Assembly: GCA_964016885.1 (NCBI GenBank)
Contig: OZ024762.1
Span: 4,836,001-4,900,000, forward strand
DNA length: 64,000 nt
Origin: Eledone cirrhosa
Taxonomy: Eukaryota
Reading direction: 5' to 3'
Part shown: positions 1-11,400 of the stretch, in pieces
Numbering within the stretch: position 1 is the stretch's first letter
Layout of the letters: the number at the start of each line of letters is the position of its first letter
The notes under the pieces: generated by a model
Database searches by the model: none
The model's input: the letters and a program-made list of their open reading frames with translations, nothing else
What the model was told of the DNA's origin: nothing
Translations under genes and position numbers: made by a program

Positions 1-90
1 ATAGGTCTATAACATCATCAATAGACAAATAGATATGTAAACGGTATACTAAAAACTGAGAATCGCTATCGTCTCCCTGAGATATGCACA

Positions 91-3000
91 ATGGTTGATG
101 AGCTTACACGAGAAGATGTGGAAACATTTTTCGAAGAAAATCCTGAATTCCTTAAAAAATATGCAAGTAAGAATAAAATACCACCTTCAGCATTATCATT
201 TATCGAACACCTTCAATTAATTCTTAGTCGAAAAATAGCCTACCAAACGCAAAGGAGCAGTGTGATTTCCGAATTCGAGACTTACAGAGAAATACTCAAG
301 GAATTCGCTTCCGAACTCAATGAGGATAGACTGTGCTACGTAATTCTTCAAAACACATGTATCTTACTCAATTGTGACAGCGCCAATATTTTCGTGGCTC
401 GAGGTACTGATAATAACCGTTATCTTATTTCTAAATATATAGGTGTCACTTCTAATTCACAACGAACCGAAAGTCAGTATAAAGGACTCAATCCCATTCG
501 CATACCATTCGGTAAAGGAATTGTAGGCTATGTAGCTGAAACTAAGCGTACCTTAAAAGTCACTGATGTTGCCAATTCTGAATATTATAAAATGGTTGAT
601 GTAAAATCTTTCACACCTAATGCCAAAAGTATTCTTTCTATGCCAATTTTAAATAAAAGCGGGAAGGTGATGGGGGTAGCTCAGGTAATGAACTATGACG
701 AAAATTCCGATTTTTCTTCAGAAGATGAAGCTTTATTTGCGAACTTACTGTCCTTTTGTGGAATCGGTATAGAGACTGTTTATTTGTTCCAAGTTTGTAC
801 TGAGGAAGCCAGGCGCAACGCGTTATTACTTAAACTCACGGATTGCATTCTGAAAGTACAAAACAATCTACCGAAGCTTATATCTGAAATTCTACAACAA
901 GCTATGGAGATGTTAGACTGCCGTAATATATGTGTCTATTTGTGTGACAAAACCAAAGGGACAGTCGAGCCTAAGAAGAACTCTAAAGTGTTTCAATTAT
1001 TAAGAGATGAAAACAATATGGAGGAGGTAACAATAGACAGCAGATTTATAAAGCATCTTGAAAGCAATTTGAAAAGTGAGAATATATTCGATATTTTCGA
1101 TTTAAAAACATATGCTGATGTCTCGGTTTCAGATGAGGATAATATCGAAAGTTGGTTACTTTGTATGGCAATAAAGGATGCCAAAGGAAATACAATTGGT
1201 TCGATAATGTTTATTAGAGATTCCAAGGACATATTCAGTGAAAATGATATCAATATGATAAAAACGTTTGCATCGGTTTGTGGTTTGAGTATTTTCAACT
1301 GTCGCCTGTACGAGACTTCAGTTAATTTGTTGGAACAGGCGAAAATAACTAACGATAGACTTGCTTATCACACAATATGCCATATGAAAACTGTTGAAAG
1401 ATACCGTTCAATGAAGTTGAAGTCTGCAGAAGAATATCAAATCTACAGTTTTGACTTCGATGATTCTTTATATAAAGAGGAAGACGGTGTTTTATTGTGT
1501 GTACTGATGTTTTTAAAACTTGACGTTGTAAATATATTGAATATATCTCAAAATTTTTTATACAGGTTTATTCTAACGGTTAAAAAGAACTATCGTCCGG
1601 TTGCCTACCATAATTGGCGCCATGCTTTAAACGTTACACAAACAATGTTCTGCATGTTAACTACAGGCCACGTAGGTAATTACTTTACACAATTTCAACA
1701 GATCTGCTTGTTAATGGCTTGTATGTTTCATGATCTTGATCACCGGGGACAGAACAATTCGTTTCAAGTGAAGATAGCCTCTTCTATTGCTACACTGTAC
1801 GGTACATCTGTATTGGAACACCACCATCTTGACCGGGGTATGATGATTCTGAATAATACTGGAACTAATATCTTTCAAAATCTTCCCGCAGAACAATACC
1901 AGCTTGGTCTCAAATTAATCGAGAAAGCAATCTTAGCTACCGACCTCATGAATTATTTTTCACGAATAAACATTTTTAAACATGAAGTAGAAAGCGGTCA
2001 CAAAGAGTTCGATACTCCCGAAGGGGTTGATTTGCTACTCAACATGTTAATGACTGCAGCCGATCTATCAGGTATTACTAAGCCATGGCCGGTTCAAAAG
2101 AGAATAGCCGTTCAAGTCGCAGCTGAAATGTTCGAACAAGGAGACATAGAGAAAAATTTACAATGTGAGGTAATATCGTTGATGGATCGTGAGAAAAGAT
2201 ACGAAGTGCCTTCAAAGCAAGTTGATTTCATTGATTTTGTGTGTACACCGGTTTATAAAGTCCTAGCAGAATTGGAAGGGTGTTTGAGACCCTTATATGA
2301 CGGCTGCCTAAGAAACAGATCCCAGTGGTACCTTGTTGCAATTGGTAAAGAAATGTTTGATATCGATGAAGAATTAAATCTTGCTTCAAATAAACCTTTA
2401 ACCTTTGAAGAGCAAGAGAAAATTCGATGCCAAATTCGCAAAACTTCTATTCCAGTAGATCGCAAACCTACTCCAGGATATCGCAAAACTTCTGTTCCAG
2501 TAGATCGCAAACTTTCTGCTCCAGTATATCGCAAAACTGCTTCTGCAGTAGATCGCAAAACTGCTTCTGCAGTAGATCGCAAAACTTCTTTTGCAGTAGA
2601 TCGCAAAGCTTTTTCTGTAGATTTCAAAACTTCTCCAGTAGATCGCAAAACTTCTCAAGTAGATCGCAAAACTTCTGCAGTAGATCGCAAAACATCTCCA
2701 GAAGGTAAAGCTCAGACATTAGAAATGTTTAATATAATGGACCAAGATAACCTTCCTCCTTGGAGCCAACCTCAATCGTTATATCGAGCGCCCTCGTTCA
2801 TACCAAGACTAAAGAAGCTTACTAATATAAAACCATCAAATGATCCTATTCAGAAACCTAACATAATAAATAAACATGAAAACTACCCTTTTCTTTTTAA
2901 GCCTGAAACGGAAAGCCCCTTAAATATATATAGTCACAAAAAGAAGCTTTTTCCAGACGATCTGATAAAAATAACTCCGTGCAAGTTACTAAAAAATGAT

Positions 3001-3519
3001 TTGACTTCACCACGAACCAATAGAACAAAAAATTTTATAGTTTATTCCAATATCAATAAATCTGCTACGAACGAAAGTTCGATTATCGAAAATAACGGAA
3101 TGGAATTTAAAAAAGATGCAGAAAACTCTGACTCCTCGCATCGAAATTTCTATTCAACATTGGCTCCTTCCTCTACTTCTCTAGAATCATCGGTAGATAT
3201 CCATACACTAATGGAAGAACACAACACACTAATGAAAGAAAACGATGGCAACAACGCACGTCCTTATCATGGCGTCGAACAAGTCGTATTCGGCGATATC
3301 TGTAGTGTTTCTGAAAACCTAACTAGAAAAATAGGAGTAGATTTGATTGAAAGTAACACAATTTCTACAGTAAACGAATATACAGAGATTCATTCGGTGG
3401 AGTGTGATTTGACACCAAATATCAACAAATTTCGACGACGAAAATGTATGAAGAAGGGTTCCATTAATAAGAACAATCATTACGGCAGCTGGAAGACTCA
3501 TCTGTGTGTGATTTCATAA
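91..3519 (+). CDS. Intronless GAF-GAF cyclic nucleotide phosphodiesterase, PDE5/6-like, paralogue 1 (1142 aa, ends in CaaX CVIS)
   Basis: Single uninterrupted ORF. GAF-A features (IRIPFGKGIVGYVA, SILSMPI, GVAQVMN..F..EDE), a second degenerate GAF, and class I PDE catalytic motifs YHNWRHA, HDLDHRG, LEHHH, ILATD, AADLS..TKPW, EMFEQGD, QVDFID. C-terminus ...RRRKC...CVIS-stop. Confidence 0.93.
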   Translation: MVDELTREDVETFFEENPEFLKKYASKNKIPPSALSFIEHLQLILSRKIAYQTQRSSVISEFETYREILKEFASELNEDRLCYVILQNTCILLNCDSANIFVARGTDNNRYLISKYIGVTSNSQRTESQYKGLNPIRIPFGKGIVGYVAETKRTLKVTDVANSEYYKMVDVKSFTPNAKSILSMPILNKSGKVMGVAQVMNYDENSDFSSEDEALFANLLSFCGIGIETVYLFQVCTEEARRNALLLKLTDCILKVQNNLPKLISEILQQAMEMLDCRNICVYLCDKTKGTVEPKKNSKVFQLLRDENNMEEVTIDSRFIKHLESNLKSENIFDIFDLKTYADVSVSDEDNIESWLLCMAIKDAKGNTIGSIMFIRDSKDIFSENDINMIKTFASVCGLSIFNCRLYETSVNLLEQAKITNDRLAYHTICHMKTVERYRSMKLKSAEEYQIYSFDFDDSLYKEEDGVLLCVLMFLKLDVVNILNISQNFLYRFILTVKKNYRPVAYHNWRHALNVTQTMFCMLTTGHVGNYFTQFQQICLLMACMFHDLDHRGQNNSFQVKIASSIATLYGTSVLEHHHLDRGMMILNNTGTNIFQNLPAEQYQLGLKLIEKAILATDLMNYFSRINIFKHEVESGHKEFDTPEGVDLLLNMLMTAADLSGITKPWPVQKRIAVQVAAEMFEQGDIEKNLQCEVISLMDREKRYEVPSKQVDFIDFVCTPVYKVLAELEGCLRPLYDGCLRNRSQWYLVAIGKEMFDIDEELNLASNKPLTFEEQEKIRCQIRKTSIPVDRKPTPGYRKTSVPVDRKLSAPVYRKTASAVDRKTASAVDRKTSFAVDRKAFSVDFKTSPVDRKTSQVDRKTSAVDRKTSPEGKAQTLEMFNIMDQDNLPPWSQPQSLYRAPSFIPRLKKLTNIKPSNDPIQKPNIINKHENYPFLFKPETESPLNIYSHKKKLFPDDLIKITPCKLLKNDLTSPRTNRTKNFIVYSNINKSATNESSIIENNGMEFKKDAENSDSSHRNFYSTLAPSSTSLESSVDIHTLMEEHNTLMKENDGNNARPYHGVEQVVFGDICSVSENLTRKIGVDLIESNTISTVNEYTEIHSVECDLTPNINKFRRRKCMKKGSINKNNHYGSWKTHLCVIS
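2437..2700 (+). repeat. Coding 21/24-bp tandem repeat (about 12 units, GTAGATCGCAAAACTTCT-like) encoding VDRKTS(A/P)
   Basis: Repeated cgcaaaacttct/gtagat units, in frame inside PDE paralogue 1. Confidence 0.9.
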
Positions 3520-3620
3520 CTTTTGTTGTATAAGTATTGTATAAAATGATTATTGTTGCATGTCGGATTTGTAAAGAAAGTTATATGTGTGTGTGTGTAT
3601 GTATATGTATATATATATAT

Positions 3621-3802
3621 ATGGGAGCCCCTACATGGACACACTAGAAGAGGAAGACCAAGGTTAACGTATGTTGATGCCCTAAGGACAGACACTGGTC
3701 TGTTGGAGACGCACGACATGGCAGCGATAATGAGGGACAGAGACCGCTGGAGAGAACTCGTCCATGGATCTCGGGAATTTTACCCGCCTTAGATAGATAG
3801 AT
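3621..3802 (+). mobile_element. 3' end fragment of an RTE-clade LINE
   Basis: Translates [17 protein letters not shown]....[11 protein letters not shown], the typical RTE ORF C-terminus. Short (TAGA)n tail; flanked by (TA)n. Confidence 0.7.
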
Positions 3803-3822
3803 ATATGTATGTAAATATGTGT

Positions 3823-3832
<10 letters not shown>

Positions 3833-3907
<75 letters not shown>

Positions 3908-3943
3908 AATATATATATATTCATATATATATATATATGTATA

Positions 3944-4034
<91 letters not shown>
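3833..4034. repeat. (TA)n microsatellite
   Basis: Directly visible. Confidence 0.97.
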
Positions 4035-4038
<4 letters not shown>

Positions 4039-4403
4039 ACACACACACACAGACACACATGCACACATACATTTTTACTTTCAAACGTTATCAGAACTAG
4101 CTGTTGAAACGGCCGGAGCTCAGCCGTCGGGCTCCGGAATTTTTCATATATATATATATATATATATAGTTATAAGGTTGGTAATTTAAAACTCTACTTC
4201 AGAGATTTGATTCTGACTTAGTTTTTTCCTATTTAATTGCTAACCTGTAGATATTGTTCTCCATACAGTAACGGTTAAACTCACATGTAATAATTCTTTA
4301 CACACATCTCACTGTGTAACACACTTCTCTCTGTGTAACATATTTGTATTTGAGCTCAGATGAAAATTCTCTGTTCTTCTTTAAGCTAATATTATTATTA
4401 CTG

Positions 4404-4589
4404 TGGGCAGTGGATTGGCAGTATCGGTAGAGGGTCGGACGCCATGCTTTCCAGCATAGTTACGTCCCTTTACGATCTGAGTTCAAATCCCGCCGAGGTT
4501 AACTTTGCCTTTCATCCTTACGGGGTTGATAAAATATAGTACCAGTAATGCACTGGGTAATTGCTGGCCTTGTGCCTAAAGTAGAAACA
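4404..4589 (+). mobile_element. tRNA-derived SINE with ~14-bp target-site duplication
   Basis: A-box-like TGGCAGTATCGG and B-box GAGTTCAAATCC, body GCCTTTCATCCTTACGGGGT..., (ATT)n tail. ATTATTATTACTGT on both sides. About ten related copies in the window. Confidence 0.85.
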
Positions 4590-4762
4590 ATTATTATTAC
4601 TGTCAACTACGAAATACTCTAATTCCGATCCTTGTATATATATAGTGTTAATGTATAAGGGAACAACGAATCAGTATTGCATCATATACATATCTAATTA
4701 CATATTACATATTACATATGTTTCACTGTCGATCAGTTCGAGGAACGATCAATTAATGATCG

Positions 4763-4827
<65 letters not shown>

Positions 4828-5080
4828 TGCCCCCTCGTTATCGAGTATGGCCATTGCCCGATATACCATTATTAATAATTATCAATTAATTCCATCGTGC
4901 AATGCCTGTGCGTGAAGATATTTTTTAAAGTGAGGAAAGACTGTGCACTGAGCCAATCCCACTCTCTGAGAGACTAGCTATAACCCGAAAAGAAGAAAAG
5001 ATCAACATCATCGGTAACTACTGACCCGCAGGTTTTATATCGGAGTTTTCCCAGTTTCCTGAGTTGTCTTCTCCTATATA

Positions 5081-5420
5081 CATGGTGGCTGCCAACTCGT
5101 TTTCGAGTACGGCCACTACTTTATATCCATGTAGGAGAACCCCTACCGATGCGCTGAACGAGTGTGACTTTTTAGTCCTGCCAGCGTATTGAAAACTCTG
5201 GTACAAACACTACACTTGTGACAATTATTGACACATAGTGCTGGGCCCATGGTACCATGTGACGACAAGGGCAGAGAGATCTCCAGATATAAAGCAATGC
5301 CTGTGCCCTGAAGCTTTTATAGTGAGCAAAGGCACTGCACAAAGCCAGTCCCACTCTCTTAACCAAGATGATATTTACCAAAAAGAAGAACAAGTCAACA
5401 TCATTGGATACCATCAGGGT
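5081..5420. repeat. Interspersed repeat, near-identical to 16543-16880 (probable retroelement piece), ending where the 43-bp array starts
   Basis: CATGGTGGCTGCCAACTCG...TACCATCAGGGT occurs at both loci. A more diverged relative lies at 4820-5080. Confidence 0.8.
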
Positions 5421-8400
5421 ATTGCCACCCGACATACAGGCTACCCTTACACACCTGCCAACTATTGCCACCCGACATACAGGCTACCATTACACACCTG
5501 CCAACTATTGCCACCCGACATACAGGCTACCATTACACACCTGCCAACTATTGCCACCCGACATACAGGCTACCATTACACACCTGCCAACTATTGCCAC
5601 CCGACATACAGGCTACCATTACACACCTGCCAACTACTGCCACCCGACATACAGGCTACCATTACACACCTGCCAACTATTGCCACCCGACATACAGGCT
5701 ACCATTACACACCTGCCAACTACTGCCACCCGACATACAGGCTACCATTACACACCTGCCAACTACTGCCACCCGACATACAGGCTACCCTTACACACCT
5801 GCCAACTACTGCCACCCGACATACAGGCTACCCTTACACACCTGCCAACTACTGCCACCCGACATACAGGCTACCCTTACACACCTGCCAACTATTGCCA
5901 CCCGACATACAGGCTACCCTTACACACCTGCCAACTACTGCCACCCGATATACAGGCTACCCTTACACACCTGCCAACTATTGCCACCCGACATACAGGC
6001 TACCCTTACACACCTGCCAACTACTGCCACCCGACATACAGGCTACCCTTACACACCTGCCAACTACTGCCACCCGACATACAGGCTACCCTTACACACC
6101 TGCCAACTACTGCCACCCGACATACAGGCTACCCTTACACACCTGCCAACTACTGCCACCCGACATACAGGCTACCCTTACACACCTGCCAACTATTACC
6201 ACCCGACATACAGGCTACCCTTACACACCTGCCAACTACTGCCACCCGATATACAGGCTACCCTTACACACCTGCCAACTATTGCCACCCGACATACAGG
6301 CTACCCTTACACACCTGCCAACTACTGCCACCCGATATACAGGCTACCCTTACACACCTGCCAACTATTGCCACCCGACATACAGGCTACCCTTACACAC
6401 CTGCCAACTACTGCCACCCGACATACAGGCTACCCTTACACACCTGCCAACTACTGCCACCCGACATACAGGCTACCCTTACACACCTGCCAACTATTAC
6501 CACCCGACATACAGGCTACCATTACACACCTGCCAACTACTGCCACCCGATATACAGGCTACCCTTACACACCTGCCAACTATTGCCACCCGACATACAG
6601 GCTACCCTTACACACCTGCCAACTACTGCCACCCGACATACAGGCTACCCTTACACACCTGCCAACTACTGCCACCCGACATACAGGCTACCCTTACACA
6701 CCTGCCAACTATTACCACCCGACATACAGGCTACCATTACACACCTGCCAACTACTGCCACCCGATATACAGGCTACCCTTACACACCTGCCAACTATTG
6801 CCACCCGACATACAGGCTACCCTTACACACCTGCCAACTACTGCCACCCGACATACAGGCTACCCTTACACACCTGCCAACTACTGCCACCCGACATACA
6901 GGCTACCCTTACACACCTGCCAACTATTACCACCCGACATACAGGCTACCATTACACACCTGCCAACTACTGCCACCCGACATACAGGCTACCCTTACAC
7001 ACCTGCCAACTACTGCCACCCGACATACAGGCTACCCTTACACACCTGCCAACTATTGCCACCCGACATACAGGCTACCATTACACACCTGCCAACTACT
7101 GCCACCCGACATACAGGTTACCATTACACACCTGCCAACTACTGCCACCCGACATACAGGCTACCATTACACACCTGCCAACTACTGCCACCCGACATAC
7201 AGGTTACCATTACACACCTGCCAACTACTGCCACCCGACATACAGGCTACCATTACACACCTGCCAACTACTGCCACCCGACATACAGGTTACCATTACA
7301 CACCTGCCAACTACTGCCACCCGACATACAGGCTACCATTACACACCTGCCAACTACTGCCACCCGACATACAGGCTACCATTACACACCTGCCAACTAC
7401 TGCCACCCGACATACAGGTTACCATTACACACCTGCCAACTACTGCCACCCGACATACAGGCTACCATTACACACCTGCCAACTACTGCCACCCGACATA
7501 CAGGCTACCCTTACACACCTGCCAACTATTGCCACCCGACATACAGGCTACCATTACACACCTGCCAACTACTGCCACCCGACATACAGGTTACCATTAC
7601 ACACCTGCCAACTACTGCCACCCGACATACAGGCTACCATTACACACCTGCCAACTACTGCCACCCGACATACAGGCTACCCTTACACACCTGCCAACTA
7701 TTGCCACCCGACATACAGGCTACCATTACACACCTGCCAACTACTGCCACCCGACATACAGGCTACCCTTACACACCTGCCAACTATTGCCACCCGACAT
7801 ACAGGCTACCATTACACACCTGCCAACTACTGCCACCCGACATACAGGCTACCCTTACACACCTGCCAACTACTGCCACCCGACATACAGGCTACCATTA
7901 CACACCTGCCAACTATTGCCACCCGACATACAGGCTACCATTACACACCTGCCAACTACTGCCACCCGACATACAGGTTACCATTACACACCTGCCAACT
8001 ACTGCCACCCGACATACAGGCTACCATTACACACCTGCCAACTACTGCCACCCGACATACAGGCTACCCTTACACACCTGCCAACTATTGCCACCCGACA
8101 TACAGGCTACCATTACACACCTGCCAACTACTGCCACCCGACATACAGGCTACCCTTACACACCTGCCAACTATTGCCACCCGACATACAGGCTACCATT
8201 ACACACCTGCCAACTACTGCCACCCGACATACAGGCTACCCTTACACACCTGCCAACTACTGCCACCCGACATACAGGCTACCATTACACACCTGCCAAC
8301 TACTGCCACCCGACATACAGGCTACCCTTACACACCTGCCAACTACTGCCACCCGACATACAGGCTACCCTTACACACCTGCCAACTACTGCCACCCGAC

Positions 8401-11400
8401 ATACAGGCTACCCTTACACACCTGCCAATTACTGCCACCCGACATACAGGCTACCCTTACACACCTGCCAACTACTGCCACCCGACATACAGGCTACCAT
8501 TACACACCTGCCAACTACTGCCACCCGACATACAGGCTACCCTTACACACCTGCCAACTACTGCCACCCGACATACAGGCTACCCTTACACACCTGCCAA
8601 CTACTGCCACCTGACATACAGGCTACCCTTACACACCTGCCATCTATTACCACCCGACATACAGGCTACCATTACACACCTGCCAACTACTGCCACCCGA
8701 CATACAGGCTACCCTTACACCTGCCAACTACTGCCACCCGACATACAGGCTACCCTTACACACCTGCCAACTACTGCCACCCGACATACAGGCTACCATT
8801 ACACACCTGCCAACTACTGCCACCCGACATACAGGCTACCCTTACACCTGCCAACTACTGCCACCCGACATACAGGCTACCCTTACACACCTGCCAACTA
8901 CTGCCACCCGACATACAGGCTACCCTTACACACCTGCCAACTACTGCCACCCGACATACAGGCTACCCTTACACCTGCCAACTACTGCCACCCGACATAC
9001 AGGCTACCCTTACACACCTGCCAACTACTGCCACCCGACATACAGGCTACCATTACACACCTGCCAACTACTGCCACCCGACATACAGGCTACCATTACA
9101 CACCTGCCAACTACTGCCACCCGACATACAGGCTACCATTACACACCTGCCAACTACTGCCACCCGACATACAGGTTACCATTACACACCTGCCAACTAC
9201 TGCCACCCGACATACAGGCTACCATTACACACCTGCCAACTACTGCCACCCGACATACAGGCTACCATTACACACCTGCCAACTACTGCCACCCGACATA
9301 CAGGCTACCATTACACACCTGCCAACTATTACCACCCGACATACAGGCTACCATTACACACCTGCCAACTACTGCCACCCGACATACAGGCTACCATTAC
9401 ACACCTGCCAACTATTACCACCCGACATACAGGCTACCATTACACACCTGTCAACTACTGCCACCCGACATACAGGCTACCCTTACACCTGCCAACTATT
9501 ACCACCCGACATACAGGCTACCCTTACACACCTGCCAACTATTGCCACCCGACATACAGGTTACCATTACACACCTGCCAACTACTGCCACCCGACATAC
9601 AGGCTACCATTACACACCTGCCAACTATTACCACCCGACATACAGGCTACCATTACACACCTGTCAACTACTGCCACCCGACATACAGGCTACCCTTACA
9701 CCTGCCAACTATTACCACCCGACATACAGGCTACCCTTACACACCTGCCAACTACTGCCACCCGACATACAGGCTACCATTACACACCTGCCAACTACTG
9801 CCACCCGACATACAGGCTACCATTACACACCTGCCAACTATTACCACCCGACATACAGGCTACCATTACACACCTGCCAACTACTGCCACCCGACATACA
9901 GACTACCATTACACACCTGCCAACTATTACCACCCGACATACAGGCTACCCTTACACACCTGCCAACTACTGCCACCCGACATACAGGCTACCATTACAC
10001 ACCTGCCAACTATTACCACCCGACATACAGGCTACCATTACACACCTGCCAACTACTGCCACCCGACATACAGACTACCATTACACACCTGCCAACTACT
10101 GCCACCCGACATACAGGCTACCATTACACACCTGCCAACTATTACCACCCGACATACAGGCTACCATTACACACCTGCCAACTACTGCCACCCGACATAC
10201 AGGCTACCATTACACACCTGCCAACTATTACCACCCGACATACAGGCTACCCTTACACACCTGCCAACTACTGCCACCCGACATACAGGCTACCCTTACA
10301 CACCTGCCAACTACTGCCACCTGACATACAGGCTACCCTTACACACCTGCCATCTATTACCACCCGACATACAGGCTACCATTACACACCTGCCAACTAC
10401 TGCCACCCGACATACAGGCTACCCTTACACCTGCCAACTACTGCCACCCGACATACAGGCTACCCTTACACACCTGCCAACTACTGCCACCCGACATACA
10501 GGCTACCATTACACACCTGCCAACTACTGCCACCCGACATACAGGCTACCCTTACACCTGCCAACTACTGCCACCCGACATACAGGCTACCCTTACACAC
10601 CTGCCAACTACTGCCACCCGACATACAGGCTACCCTTACACACCTGCCAACTACTGCCACCCGACATACAGGCTACCCTTACACCTGCCAACTACTGCCA
10701 CCCGACATACAGGCTACCCTTACACACCTGCCAACTACTGCCACCCGACATACAGGCTACCATTACACACCTGCCAACTACTGCCACCCGACATACAGGC
10801 TACCATTACACACCTGCCAACTACTGCCACCCGACATACAGGCTACCATTACACACCTGCCAACTACTGCCACCCGACATACAGGCTACCATTACACACC
10901 TGCCAACTATTACCACCCGACATACAGGCTACCATTACACACCTGCCAACTACTGCCACCCGACATACAGGCTACCATTACACACCTGCCAACTACTGCC
11001 ACCCGACATACAGGCTACCATTACACACCTGCCAACTATTACCACCCGACATACAGGCTACCATTACACACCTGCCAACTACTGCCACCCGACATACAGG
11101 CTACCATTACACACCTGCCAACTATTGCCACCCGACATACAGGCTACCATTACACACCTGCCAACTATTACCACCCGACATACAGGCTACCATTACACAC
11201 CTGCCAACTACTGCCACCCGACATACAGGCTACCATTACACACCTGCCAACTATTACCACCCGACATACAGGCTACCATTACACACCTGCCAACTATTGC
11301 CACCCGACATACAGGCTACCATTACACACCTGCCAACTATTACCACCCGACATACAGGCTACCATTACACACCTGCCAACTACTGCCACCCGACATACAG

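Noticed and set aside
91-3519. Assigning a specific symbol (PDE5A, PDE6, PDE11A), or a bacterial/horizontal origin for the intronless PDEs
   Set aside because: The motifs are clearly metazoan class I GAF-PDE, but subfamily orthology needs a phylogeny. CaaX tails and host-like composition argue against horizontal transfer.
4411-4500. tRNA gene
   Set aside because: A and B boxes are present, but there is no convincing cloverleaf and the sequence continues into a repeated SINE body with a TSD.
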